Shown: piece after piece, positions 22,211 through 33,433 of the stretch
How positions within the stretch are numbered: position 1 is the first letter of the stretch
Layout: each line of letters starts with the position of its first letter
Assembly: GCA_043228905.1 (NCBI GenBank)
Contig: JBHGNT010000018.1
Coordinates: forward strand, 7,688,001-7,752,000
Direction: 5' to 3'
From: Azolla caroliniana
Lineage: Eukaryota > Plantae > Polypodiophyta
Length of the DNA stretch: 64,000 bases
Position numbers and translations under genes: made by a program
Notes under the pieces: generated by a model
Databases searched by the model: none
What the model saw: the letters and a program-made list of their open reading frames with translations, nothing else
Told to the model about the DNA's origin: nothing

Positions 22211-24169
22211 TAGGGAATTTGGCCAGCATCATCCATTAAGACAAAGTGGCCAAAGTGCTCTTAGCACAAATAAAAAATTAGGGAGCTCAAGGTGTTTATA
22301 TAGCTAGGGCCTTAACTTTCCTATCTATGTGGGATAGTTCTAATTTCTCTATCTAATCAAACTTCATTTTCTCATAACTTGATATGTATTTCTCCATTTT
22401 GTATATAGTAAAATACATTTTGAAGCTCTTGAGTATATCCATATTTCTATAGTAAGCTAATAATCTAATCTATAATAATTATTTCATTATTTTTTTACAT
22501 AGTGTGTGAAGATTCACACGACAGCGTAGAGACCATATTCTCGAAGTCGACGCAGTACCTGACGAACATGTTCATCATGCTCCTCTTGGGTCTTCGAGTA
22601 GATTAAAATATCATCTAGGTAAACTCTAAAATTTCTTTTACCTTCATGGGGTCCATAACAATACCATCTGATGATACAACATACCCCAAAAATTCCACTT
22701 GATTCTGGTTGAAACTACACTTTTCTAATTTTGTGTAGAGACCATATTCTCAGAGTCGACGTAGTACCTGACGAACATGTTCGTCATGCTCCTCTTGGGT
22801 CTTCGAGTAGAATTAAAATATCATCTAGGTAAACTATAGTGAAGATATCAAGAAACTCTCGAAAAATATCATTCGCCATATGTTGGAAAATAGCAGGTGC
22901 ATTCGTGAGACCGAATGGCATCATAGTATACTCAAAATGTCCATAGCGAGTGCGAAAAGTTGTCTTCCATTCATCCCCCAAGCGAATCCAAACTAGATTA
23001 TATGCTCCGCGAAGGTCCAACTTCGTGAAATATTTTGCACCACTGAGACGTTCCAAAAGATTCGGGATTAATGGTAGAGCATATCTATTCCGTATAGTCA
23101 CTTTGTTTATCTCTCGATAATCCACAAACAACCGAAGAGGATCACCACAATACAAGCAGAGGCAATGCGCTCGACCTCGTTGCTTCTCAGCATCTGATAA
23201 CGGCCCACGACGTTCTGTTGACTCTATTTCCATCGTAGTTGGGCCATCCCTTGTAATGGGTCTAGAAACTTGTGGAGGCGTTGCAACTACGGAAGCATAA
23301 GTCTGCTCAAGTTGGTGGCGTAACATTTGTTGGCGCTCAGAACGATGCCCAAATAGGCAATTATCACATCACACGACTCGACTAATGGCTTCTGTAAGTG
23401 ACTTCGGATCTTCGGGGAAAGTAAGAAGAAGATCTTTGACATCATTTCGCAAACCTTGACGGAATTGATCCATTAAGGCCGCCTCATCCCAAGGGATATC
23501 GCATGCCAAGAGACGGAAATCGGCTGCATAAGCCGACACGGGATGATCTCCTTGTTGGGGCCTTCGAATCTTGTTTATTGTTGTCCTACTGTTGTCGGTG
23601 TCTCCGAAACTAGCTTGAAACTGTTTAACAAATGCCTCGAAATCCTCCAGCAATGGTGATTTCTTCTCGAGAAGTGGTGCGAACCATGCTACCGTCGTAC
23701 CGCATAGCAAAGTTCCCACTAATCCCACGCGAGCAGCATCACTTGGATACCGACTGGGATGTAGCTGAATAACTAGAAGAACTTGATTAAAAAAGGCTCA
23801 AAATAAAGACCTCGTACCATCAAACTTGGCGGGGAGGCTGATCTTTGGCTCTCTTGGGGAGTTCTGAACCCCCGACGATTGTTCTCGTAATGATAATATA
23901 GTCGCCTCGAGTTGATGAACCCGTTGTGATAACTCTTTATATTGTTGAGCTTTCTCGGTGCTCAATTGTTGTAGGTCTCCAAGTAGCCTTTGATTCTCAT
24001 GCTCTAATGCCACAAATTTATTTGTGAGCATGTCGAGCTCAGAAAGAACACGCATGTATTCTTGTTTGCTCACAGACTCCATAGCTTACGAGGGGAGATG
24101 AGAAGGAAGAAGAGAACTTGTTAGGGTTTGTAGAAGACGAAGAAATGAAAGGAAAAAATTGTTTCAAAT

Positions 24170-24627
24170 TGTCAAGATAGACAGAGAGAGAAAGAGAGAT
24201 AGAGAGATAATTGAAAGAGAATTATTATATTGAAGAGTAAAATGGATTACAAAGAGTAGGCTACAAAATGGCGTTGAACCAATTTAGGTTTGGGATGAGT
24301 GGTAGATCCCTATTTATAAGTAATAGAGAACACTCTAGAATATTCTAGGTTATCTTAGAATGTAGAGTAATCTAGAAGATCTCTAGAGTATTCTTGACTA
24401 GTGATATAGAACACTCTAGAATATTCTAGGTTATTCTAGAATGTAGAGTAATATAGAATATTCCTATAATATTAGATTTCATATTCTAAAAACTATACAT
24501 ATAAGAATATTAATACAATGGTTAAGGATTTGACATGTGTACAACAAGGTCGTGGGTTCAGATCCTTTCGAGTCATAATGCGAATGTCATAATCCTTTCA
24601 ATGCATGATGTGAGTGTTATCATGACA
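24170..24627 (-). repeat. 5' LTR of the chromovirus
   Basis: TGTCA...TGACA termini, TATAAATA (minus) at 24311-24318, TCTAGA/AGAATATTCT repeats. Confidence 0.75.
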
Positions 24628-25475
24628 GTTTTCCACCGGTTCTATCGATTTGTTCTCTCAATCGATTGTGTTGAACGAGTGATGGGCTTCTACTGACTCG
24701 TCAATGGTGAGTCCCATCGATTTTCGCCGAATATCCTCAGTGAGGATTTGGTCGATTGTTTCATCTAGATTCAGCCTAGGGCTGCTATTGGCGAATGTCA
24801 TACATAAGACTTCCCAAACCGGCAAGCTCGATGGGAGGGCAAGGGCGTTAACTTTTTCTTCGAAGTTAATCCCTTGGGAGTAAAGTTCAGAAAACACCCG
24901 ACTGAGGTGTTGATGTGAGAGGTTGTTGGGTTTAACTCTCTCATCTTCATATTCACTAGTTGTCGAATCAATATGAGATTCGACGAGGAGGACTTCTTTT
25001 TGTACAGTGCTTGCAACTTCTCCCATAATGAGAAAGTTGTCGTCTCCTTGGCCATGCTGAAGTAGACATCTTTGGCCAGATGCATTTGGATGGTGAAGCG
25101 CGCGATTTCGTCGATGGATCTCCACTCTTCGTTTTTCATCGAAGCGGATTTTTCGCTATGTCAAATGGCTTTGACTTGTCTTCTGATGATCAGCACACCC
25201 TGATCATCTCCTTCCATGAGGCAAAATTTTTGCCATCGAATTTTCGGATTTCAACTTCTATTTCGGATGTTGAAACCATATTTCGGAGGTGAGATTTTTA
25301 CTAACCTTGTCTTCTTCTTTCAACTTTCTCTGTTGTTTTGTTGCTGTTGAACAACAAGTCGCTCTAATACCACTTGTTGGAAAGAATGCGCGGAAGTAAG
25401 TGAGGACCTGTCGGATATGTGCACAGCAAACAACACAAAGAGTATGATAGAAGAAATGATGGAAACGTCGACGCA
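24628..25475 (-). mobile_element. Copia D 5' fragment (gag, PBS, LTR stub)
   Basis: gag ORFs 24658-25139. PBS TGGTATTAGAGC at 25361-25372. LTR end at 25375. Confidence 0.75.
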
Positions 25476-25499
25476 GTTGTTTAGGGTTTAGGGTTTAGA

Positions 25500-28400
25500 G
25501 TATTCTATAGTTGTTCGATGTAGATTTCTTCCTTCTTCTTCGAGCTATGTAGTCGCACTACGATAGCAATGAGTCGATTCTTCTTGAACGTCGACACAGA
25601 GCTCAACACACGCGGATGGGCGAGATCAAACTACCAAACCGCTCTGATACCATGTAAAGAATCGATGGTGATTCTTGTGCAGCGGAATAGACTAGAGATA
25701 TGTGTTGTGAGTGTGTGTGTATGAGAGAGAGAGAGAGAAAGAAACACAAGATAGATAGATTTGAAACACAATAGAGAAGCTTTCGTGCCGTTGTATTGGT
25801 GGCGAATATCTTCCTTAGATTCTCTCATGCTTCCTTTGGCATCGTGGCTTCTCGAATGTAGCCGAGCATGTGGTCATGAACACATGTCGCCAAGCAATAC
25901 ATTACTCGACTCGCCACTTACTCTCATCTTGCATCGTCAGTATCTTTCGGGTCAGGGTGGTTTTCTTGTGATCCTTTGATGTAGCTCCAATAGCCTTGAT
26001 TGACGAGGTATTGATGCATCTTGTACTCCCAAGATGCAAAGTTGTTTCGGTCCAACTTCTCGCTAGGGAGAGCGCTCCCCATTTGACTATTCATGGTGGA
26101 ATGTTTGTAATGAGACATAGAACAAATTCTATGTCGTCCTCTACTTCGACTAATGCATCCAATCTTGAAGATGTATGGTTCGTCGACTCCGGTGCTTCGA
26201 ACCATATGACATCCCATCAAGAATGGTTCAAAAACCTTCAAGAGCCGGATCGACGCGGTTATGTTGAGACCGAAGAAGACACCACTTATCCAATTTGGCA
26301 TGTCGGCAATGTCCCATTCGGGAAAGAAGTTGAACAAACGTGCATAAAAAATGTTTTACATGTACCCACCATAACGAAGAATTTGGTCTCGGTCGGCCAA
26401 ATTGTGGAGCAAGGGATGCAAGTTTGATTCAACCAAGGAGGTTGCTCCATCGAGAAGGAAGGCCGACTAATTGCTTGTGGTCGAAGGGCAAGCTGAATGT
26501 TTTTCCCCGAAGCGAACAAGGTAAAATCAGCCATGTTTTGCAAAGGGCCTCAAACCCGACACCGACATAGAGCTATGGCATAAAAGAATCGACCATATCA
26601 ATCTCAACAAAGTCAAGGCGATGCAATCGAAAGGAGTCGTCATCGGGCTCCCGACCTTCAAAGAGAAAGAGATTGGAGTATGTGAAGCATGCCAATTCGG
26701 CAAGCAACATCGGCACCCGTTCCCGAAGGAGAGGAACGTGAGCAAAGGCCTATTGGACGTAGTCCACTCAGATGTGTGGGGACCGGCACAAATGGCTACA
26801 TTTGGAGGATGTTGAGCTACTATGTTACCTCCATCAATGACTTCTCTAGATACACATGGATCTTCCCCATGAGGATGAAGAGTGAAGTGTTTACACACTT
26901 CCAAAAATTCAAAAGCGAAGTCGAAAAGAAAACTGGGCGTCATGTACGATGGCTTCGGTCAGACGGAGGAAAGGAATACTTCTCTGATGCATTCACAACA
27001 TATCTTCGAAAAGAAGGAATTCGGCGAGAATTCACTTGCCGACACACACCGCAACAGAACGGTGTAGCTGAACGAAAGAAACAGCACATCCTCGAGGTAG
27101 GACGGCCCATGCTCAATGAGAAGCATATGCCTAAGTCATATTGGGCAGAAGCTGCAAATACCGCCGTCTACCTCATGAACCGGTGCAAAACATCCAGAGT
27201 GCATGAGGTCACCCTGCACGAGCAATACTATGGGAAGAAGCTGGATCTATCCCCTGTTATGATATTCGACTCCATTGCATACGTGCACATTCCCGATGAG
27301 AAGCGGCAGAAGCTTGACCCAAAATCAGAGAAGTGCATCCTCGTGGGGTACTCACTCGAGCCAAAGGGGTACAAGTGCTTCAACCCCTCTACTCGGAAGA
27401 CTCGTGTAAGTCGGGATGTCCTCTTTGACGAATCAACATCATGGTACAAACCCGAGCTGACTCCTCCTGAACCATCTATGAACGACCTCGACAACACAGA
27501 AGACGATGATCAACTAAGGTCAATACTCAAAGAGAGTTTGATCTCAACCAGATTGAGCAGACCACAAGAGCCTCCGAGCAACTAAAGCACATCTCGGCCA
27601 AGTCCAAAGATGGACAAAGGGAAGGCCAAAATGCCGAAATATGAAGACGATCACTTCGACGACAATGAATCGACTCATTCACTCGATAGTGAGTTCGATG
27701 GCTTTGATGTGCCTCATATGAGTTCACCCGGAGTTGAGAAAGCACTCACATCAGCAAATGAGAAACTTCGTCACTCCACTTGAGAGAAGAATCTGGTTAG
27801 CCGATTCGGCTACAACGAGTATATAGCATACCACTATGCCTTTATGATGAAGGTGGCAACAGTTCGAGAACCAGAGAGCTTTGTCGAAGCCACTAAAGAG
27901 GACTCCAGCCGGGATCAACCTTACTTCCTTAGCATCGAGGTAATTCGGACTCGAGCCGGGATTATGATCTCCCAACGGCACCACATTCTCAACTTGTTAT
28001 ACAAGTTCGGGATGACTGAGTGCAAGTCTGTGGCAACTCCTCTCGACTGAAACCTCAAACTAGATGCCAATTCTTGCACCACAGAGTGTGAGCCGACTTA
28101 GTATCGACAACTGATCGGTAGTCTTATCTACCTCACGATCACTCGACCAAACCTGAGCTATCTGGGCGGCCTTCTTAGCCAGTTCATGCAAACGCCACGA
28201 CATATCCATTTGGATTGTGCTAAGAGAGTGCTACAATATGTGAGCGGAACGATAGACTATGGCATTCTCTATAAGTCGGCCACGCCAATTCAACTCAAGG
28301 GGTACACAAATGCCGACTGGGCAAGCTACAAATCTGACCAATGATCAACCTATGGTTTCGTCTTCTCCCTCAGAAGTGGAACCATCTCCTAGAGTAGCCA

Positions 28401-29211
28401 GAAGCAACCAACTGTCACTCTTTCAAGCACAAAGGCCGAATACAGGGGCGCGGCGGTGGCTGCATGTGAAGTTGTATGACTTAAGAGGATATTGAAGGAT
28501 CTAGGCATTCCCATCAAAGATCCAATTCCCCTTTACTGCAACAACATGAGCAATATTTATCTGGCTCGGAACCCAGTGTTCCACGCACGCATGAAGCATA
28601 TCGACCTTCAACATATCGCTACGAATCTTTAGACAGCCAACATCTTCACCAAAGCCCTAGAAAACGACAAGCTTCAACATTTCCTGTCAGACCTTGGATT
28701 GACGGTCCCTAACTTACCAAGCTTGAGGGGCAATACAAGCGAAAACCGGATACTATCCGAACCAGATACGAGCCGAAGCGGACATCAACCAAAGTAGCCG
28801 ACCAAAGTTGAGCTTGAGGGGGCGTGTTGAGAATCAAGCTCAACCTAGTCTAGTGTGTGACCACACTCTTGAGAGTGTGCACGTAAAGGTCAAAAGTCAC
28901 CACTCTTGTCTACATATTAACTATGTGTCATAAAATCATATTCTATGACACATAACTAATGAGTTTTCACATTCCCCATGACCCATGAGCTATGGTAATT
29001 AATAAAGAGAGAGAGTGACTATATAAAGCACTCTCCTCCTACTTTGTAATTAGTTTGTTTAATCACCTTTGTAATATACATCTTCTTGAGAATTCTCTTG
29101 TGTTTCAAATCTATCTATCTTGTGTTTCTCTCTCTCTCTCTCATACAGACACACTCACAACACATATTTCTAGTCTATTCCGCTGCACAAGAATCACCAT
29201 CGGTCTTTACA
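25500..29211 (+). mobile_element. Copia B1, rearranged: inverted U5/PBS/leader and gag start, then + strand PR-IN-partial RT-RH and 3' LTR
   Basis: WFVDSGASNHM, IN 26621-27585, PPT GAGGGGGCG at 28816-28824, LTR 28825-29211. 25653-25770 is the reverse complement of 29098-29211. Confidence 0.85.
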
Positions 29212-30445
29212 CTATTGATTCTTAGGAAGGGGTCAAACCTTAACATATCCTATTAATGCTTAGGAAAGTGTCAAACATTCAACCACTGGGAAGGGGTGGA
29301 ATGCTAACCCTCTTGCTTAGGAAGCAAGTAACATATCTTATTGATTCTCAGAAAAGGGTCAAACCTTAACATATCCTATTGATTCTTAGGAAACGGTCAA
29401 ACCTTTGACCTTCTACTCAAAAAACGAACTTTCTATCCACTCAGCTATAAATGCCACTTAAAGCTCCTTTGAGTACTAATTATTACTCAACGGCATCGCC
29501 TATTGATTTTCACTAGGCAACATTGGGGATTCATCCCTTTGGTTTGGAAGCAATTAGCTATCGTATTGAGTCGCATTGGGAAGGGGTTAAACCGTCCATC
29601 TTCTAGTTAGGAAACAAACGCTCTATTCACTAGGCTACAACTACCACATGTTATTTTTCAAAAAGCTTGATGATTAGTTAATTACTATTTAATGGGATTG
29701 GGTATAACTGAACACTATTTCCTATCAATTTCCACTAGGAAAGGATTCAGCATTCAACCATTTGCTTAGGAAGCAAACGGTCTCATTTCATTAATTAACA
29801 TCTCCCATTGATTCACACAAGGGATCAAACTATCAACCTTTTTCTTTGGAAACAAAAACTCTCAATTCACTAATTATTAATCAATGATTGTAAATTGCCC
29901 AATTATGAGTAAATAGTATCTTCTATTGTTTCGCACTAGGAAGGAGTTGGACATTTAACCTTCTAGTTATGAAATAGAGGCTCTATCCACTGAGCTACAA
30001 GTTCTACAAATTGCTTTAAAAATATGGGTGAACCTTTTAGTCACAAAACATATGCTCTAATTCTAAATCACATGCTTTAACTAGTAAGTGGTACAACAAT
30101 GAGCACAATCTATTAGTTTTGGAAACATGAAACAAGTATAAGATAAACATAATGCACTCTTCCTATCGATTCACACTTGAGAAGTATATTTTTTTAAACT
30201 ATTTTTTATATAATATTATTAATTTCTATTGGACGATTTTTTATGTTACTATTCTTAGTTTCTATTGTAAATCAACAGGTGAACCTTTGAATTCATGAAT
30301 TATTAGTAAATGGTTATGAATTCGCAAACTATAAGTGAATAGCATCTCCAATTGTGATTCATAGTAGGAAAGTGAATGCACTAGAAAGGGTTTGAACCCT
30401 TGACCTTCTACTTAAAGTGCTCTATGCACTAATCTACAAATCCTA
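29212..30445 (-). repeat. Tandem array of decayed tRNA-Arg(CCT)-derived units
   Basis: Best units are 29571-29640 and 29931-30000. Minus-strand TGTAGCCTAGTGAATAGAGCGTTTGTTTCCTAACTAGAAG...AACCCCTTCC is colinear with plant tRNA-Arg(CCT). About 8 full or partial units. Confidence 0.8.
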
Positions 30446-30949
30446 CGTATTGCTTATTTAAATAAGCTATTTTTTGGAAATCTTCTTACACCAGTGTATT
30501 CCTCGCTCCTCGCCTAGCCACCCAACAAATATTTCATCCAGAAGAGATATTTGCTAGCTAATGCACAAAAATAGTCATATCAAATGATTGTGTAGTTCCC
30601 TCTCATTTTCAATAGAAATTGGATGAATTACCCTAGGCATAAACCCTACAACTTCTCCAAGTTGGATACCCCCTCTTGCCCCATAGAAGCTTATAAATGC
30701 TTTCTACTGAAACATAGGACTCCATCTAAGAAAAAGGGAACTCCATTGTAGCAATTCTAGTGGGTCCTATAGGTGATGTGAGATGTCCTCCTCAATACTT
30801 TTCTATGGTCTAATAGGTTATGGTATTTGTTTTCGAATGATCATAATACATCACCATCATGGTCTCTCACTTAATAACACTCACACCGTCTCTGTATGTT
30901 TGTTACTCTCTCTCTCTCTAGTTTTTGTGTCCCACATGCCATGTGCCTA

Positions 30950-31330
30950 TGGAGTAAGATAATACATCATTGTCATTGGGGATTAACAATATTTCTCTCT
31001 CGTACTTTTACTCTATTGTGCCTAAAGTAGTGTGTAACTATTTGCTTATGTGGAGATCCATATCTTTTCAAGTGTTCACTATTATGACAATCATGCATTT
31101 TATGGTCCCTTAAGCAAGAAATGAAAGATAAGGTGTCGCTCTTTTCCAACATACTTGTGAAAATCAAGAGAGAGACCTTGGGGCTTAGAATAACATATGT
31201 AACAATTGAATGAAAGTAATGATAAGTAAGAGCTAGGGAAAAGAAAAAGAAATATGGTTCCTAAAGCTCTGATATCATTAGACCCTTCAAGGAAAAAGAA
31301 ATATGAGTTGTGAGTGACAACTTTCATTTC
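30950..31330 (-). mobile_element. Very old LTR-element remnant (PBS-like site, knuckle relic)
   Basis: Minus-strand TGATATCAGAGC at 31266-31277 and CHNSEHLKR downstream. Confidence 0.35.
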
Positions 31331-31956
31331 AAAAAATTCTTAAATATGACATATATATATGCTTTGTCATTTAAATTTATAGTGGAACGGGATGCATATC
31401 AAGATGAGCATGAAGGTACAGGACGTGATAATGGGATGTCGTAAAATGTTATGCGAATGATCTACGGTAAATCTTGTTGGTTGAGTCATGATACTGGTTG
31501 GTCGGCGTATGGCTTGGTAGAGAATAGATGATTATATGATATATGGAAGGTATCGATCAGTAGTTCCCACTCATCTAATCATTAAGAATGTGAGAAGCAT
31601 AGTTTGTGAATACAAAGTTCCATGCCTAATATCAACAAGGATACAATAGTGGGATTCAAGACAAGTCCCTCAAAGAGGTCATCACACCATATGGTTTAAT
31701 GACTTTGAACCTTTATCTGTTGATTTAAAGTAATTTAAATTATAATTGAAAATCTATGGGTACGGGAACTTGCTTTATTGCATACAATATCGATGTAATT
31801 AAAAGCATTTGCATCAAGTTTTTGTAGGTGATGCTATATATTATTGTTTTTTCAGGACATTAATCACTACAACCTAGTTTATTTTTGTAGGGTATAAAGT
31901 ATATGAAACACTAGCTTAGATTTGATAACTTGGCTTCTTTAGGAACAAAGTGATCC

Positions 31957-32063
31957 AAAATGATGGACATAAAGTATGATGTGAGAAGAATATGTTCACT
32001 AGAGAGCTCACAATGATGGACATAAAGTATGATGTCCAGCAAATATGTTCACTAGAGAGCTCG
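31957..32063. repeat. ~53-bp tandem duplication
   Basis: aatgatggacataaagtatgatgt...aatatgttcactagagagctc x2. Confidence 0.85.
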
Positions 32064-32154
32064 CCTATGTGGTGCTCAACCTTTTTGTGAAAAGGTCACA
32101 TATTGTTGATGTATGGACATATTTTGAAAAATAAGTATTTATTATTTAGAATTC

Positions 32155-33077
32155 TTACTTTGCTTGCCGACTTCCTGTGCCGCCTTGACTCCCCCTGCTT
32201 GTGGAGGGTCCGGAACTGCTGTCAGCACGTTCTCTGTGCCTTTGGTCCTGCTCTTGTTGGTTGCTACCATTGCGAGCCGACACACCTCGTCCACCACGCC
32301 CATGGGGCCAATCCGCCTTTGTGTACAACATTCCGCTCTCGGTGGGTGCACTTGTTGACGCACCGGCGTAGTTCTCCTCTACAAGGAGCATCAACTATAA
32401 GTCGAAAAATGACGGCGTATTCTCCCTTGTACATATCGTTGTTCGGAACACTTTGAACCTAGACGCTAGATCACCAAGGCACACTTGCACCATCTCGTCC
32501 TCCTCGATGTTCACATTGACCGAGGCCAGCGAGTCACAGATTTCCTTGATTCGGGCAATGTAATCAGCCACAAACAGATTTTTCTATCGGACATTGCTGA
32601 GCTCTTGCCTGAGCTGCAGCTTCATGGCCGTTGTGCTTCCGGCCAAAACCTTCTTCAGGTTTCCCCAAGCTTCTTTTGGCGTCTTGGCATCTCGAACATG
32701 GTTCAGCAGCTGGTCTCCGACACTAGACGCAAAGCAGTACATCACTCTGCTTGCCGCTTGTTCCCACACTGGGAAGTCCTTGTGTGTCGCATCAGGCGTT
32801 GTGTCGTTAGCTTCGTCGACATAGCTCTAGTAACCATGCCCAAGCAGGTACTGGTGCATCTTGTATGACCAAGATGCGTAGTTGGATCTGTCGAGCTTCT
32901 CCACCGGGAGTATGCTAGCCATTCCTCTGTCCATCACTTCTCTTTCTATTCTTACCGAGTCTTAGAGTTTGTCTTCAAATGCTGATGTCGGCCACAGAGG
33001 TTCTCAACCCTCGCGCTCTGATACCATGTGAAGGATTATGTGTGGAAGCGTCAGAAAAACCGGCCTAACCAGGTAGC

Positions 33078-33118
<41 letters not shown>

Positions 33119-33433
33119 ATACGCAGGAGAGACAAAGAAAGAGCAGAATGTTTATAAAATCTATTACAAACAATAATAGTTCTCTCTCTATACAACGTCC
33201 TCAACATCACTATTTATACAAGTCCTAAGAGGACCGACAGAAGTACAGTGTACTTCAATGCTCACATGAGCGTCTGACACTAACTATGAGATATTAACTA
33301 CCTAGTAGTCTAGCTGCTACTTGGCTTCCAGTTATTGCTTGATCTGGCTAACCGGCTCCCTTGCTCACTGGCTCACCGATCCGGCTTAGGCTTATTCCGC
33401 TGATCCGGATCTGATTGAGCTCGCCGCTCAACA
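32155..33433 (-). mobile_element. Copia C1 5' fragment (LTR 33027-33433, PBS 33015-33026, gag)
   Basis: Gag WEQAASRVMYC...KLQLRQEL. LTR homologous to 47385-47779. Confidence 0.88.

Larger units (their letters stand above)
16531..22523 (-). mobile_element. Ty3/gypsy G2: two-LTR internal-deletion derivative (gag-PR retained, RT/RH/IN core missing)
   Basis: LTRs at 16531-17442 and 20988-22523. GCGT flanks both ends. PPT at 17443-17458, PBS at 20966-20983. Confidence 0.92.
15911..24627 (-). mobile_element. Tcn1/Tf1-sushi-like chromovirus (gag, partial RT, RNase H), interrupted by G2
   Basis: PEG10-like gag 23369-24082. [11 protein letters not shown]...YGHFEY...YLDD at 22784-23140. RNase H DASDF...[11 protein letters not shown] at 15911-16530. 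Protease deleted. Confidence 0.88.

Noticed and set aside
21640-22239. Several long low-complexity ORFs
   Set aside because: Stop-poor CCGGTT minisatellite inside an LTR.
24170-24535. Shorter LTR ending at TTGACA 24535
   Set aside because: That site lies within the tRNA-like module. Noncoding sequence continues to CATGACA at 24627, where copia gag begins.
29571-29640. Functional tRNA-Arg gene
   Set aside because: A and B boxes and stems are mutated (GGTTTAACC, broken acceptor stem). Pseudo-unit only.
30460-32150. Host gene
   Set aside because: AT-rich, only short ORFs without recognisable domains, and contains retroelement relics.
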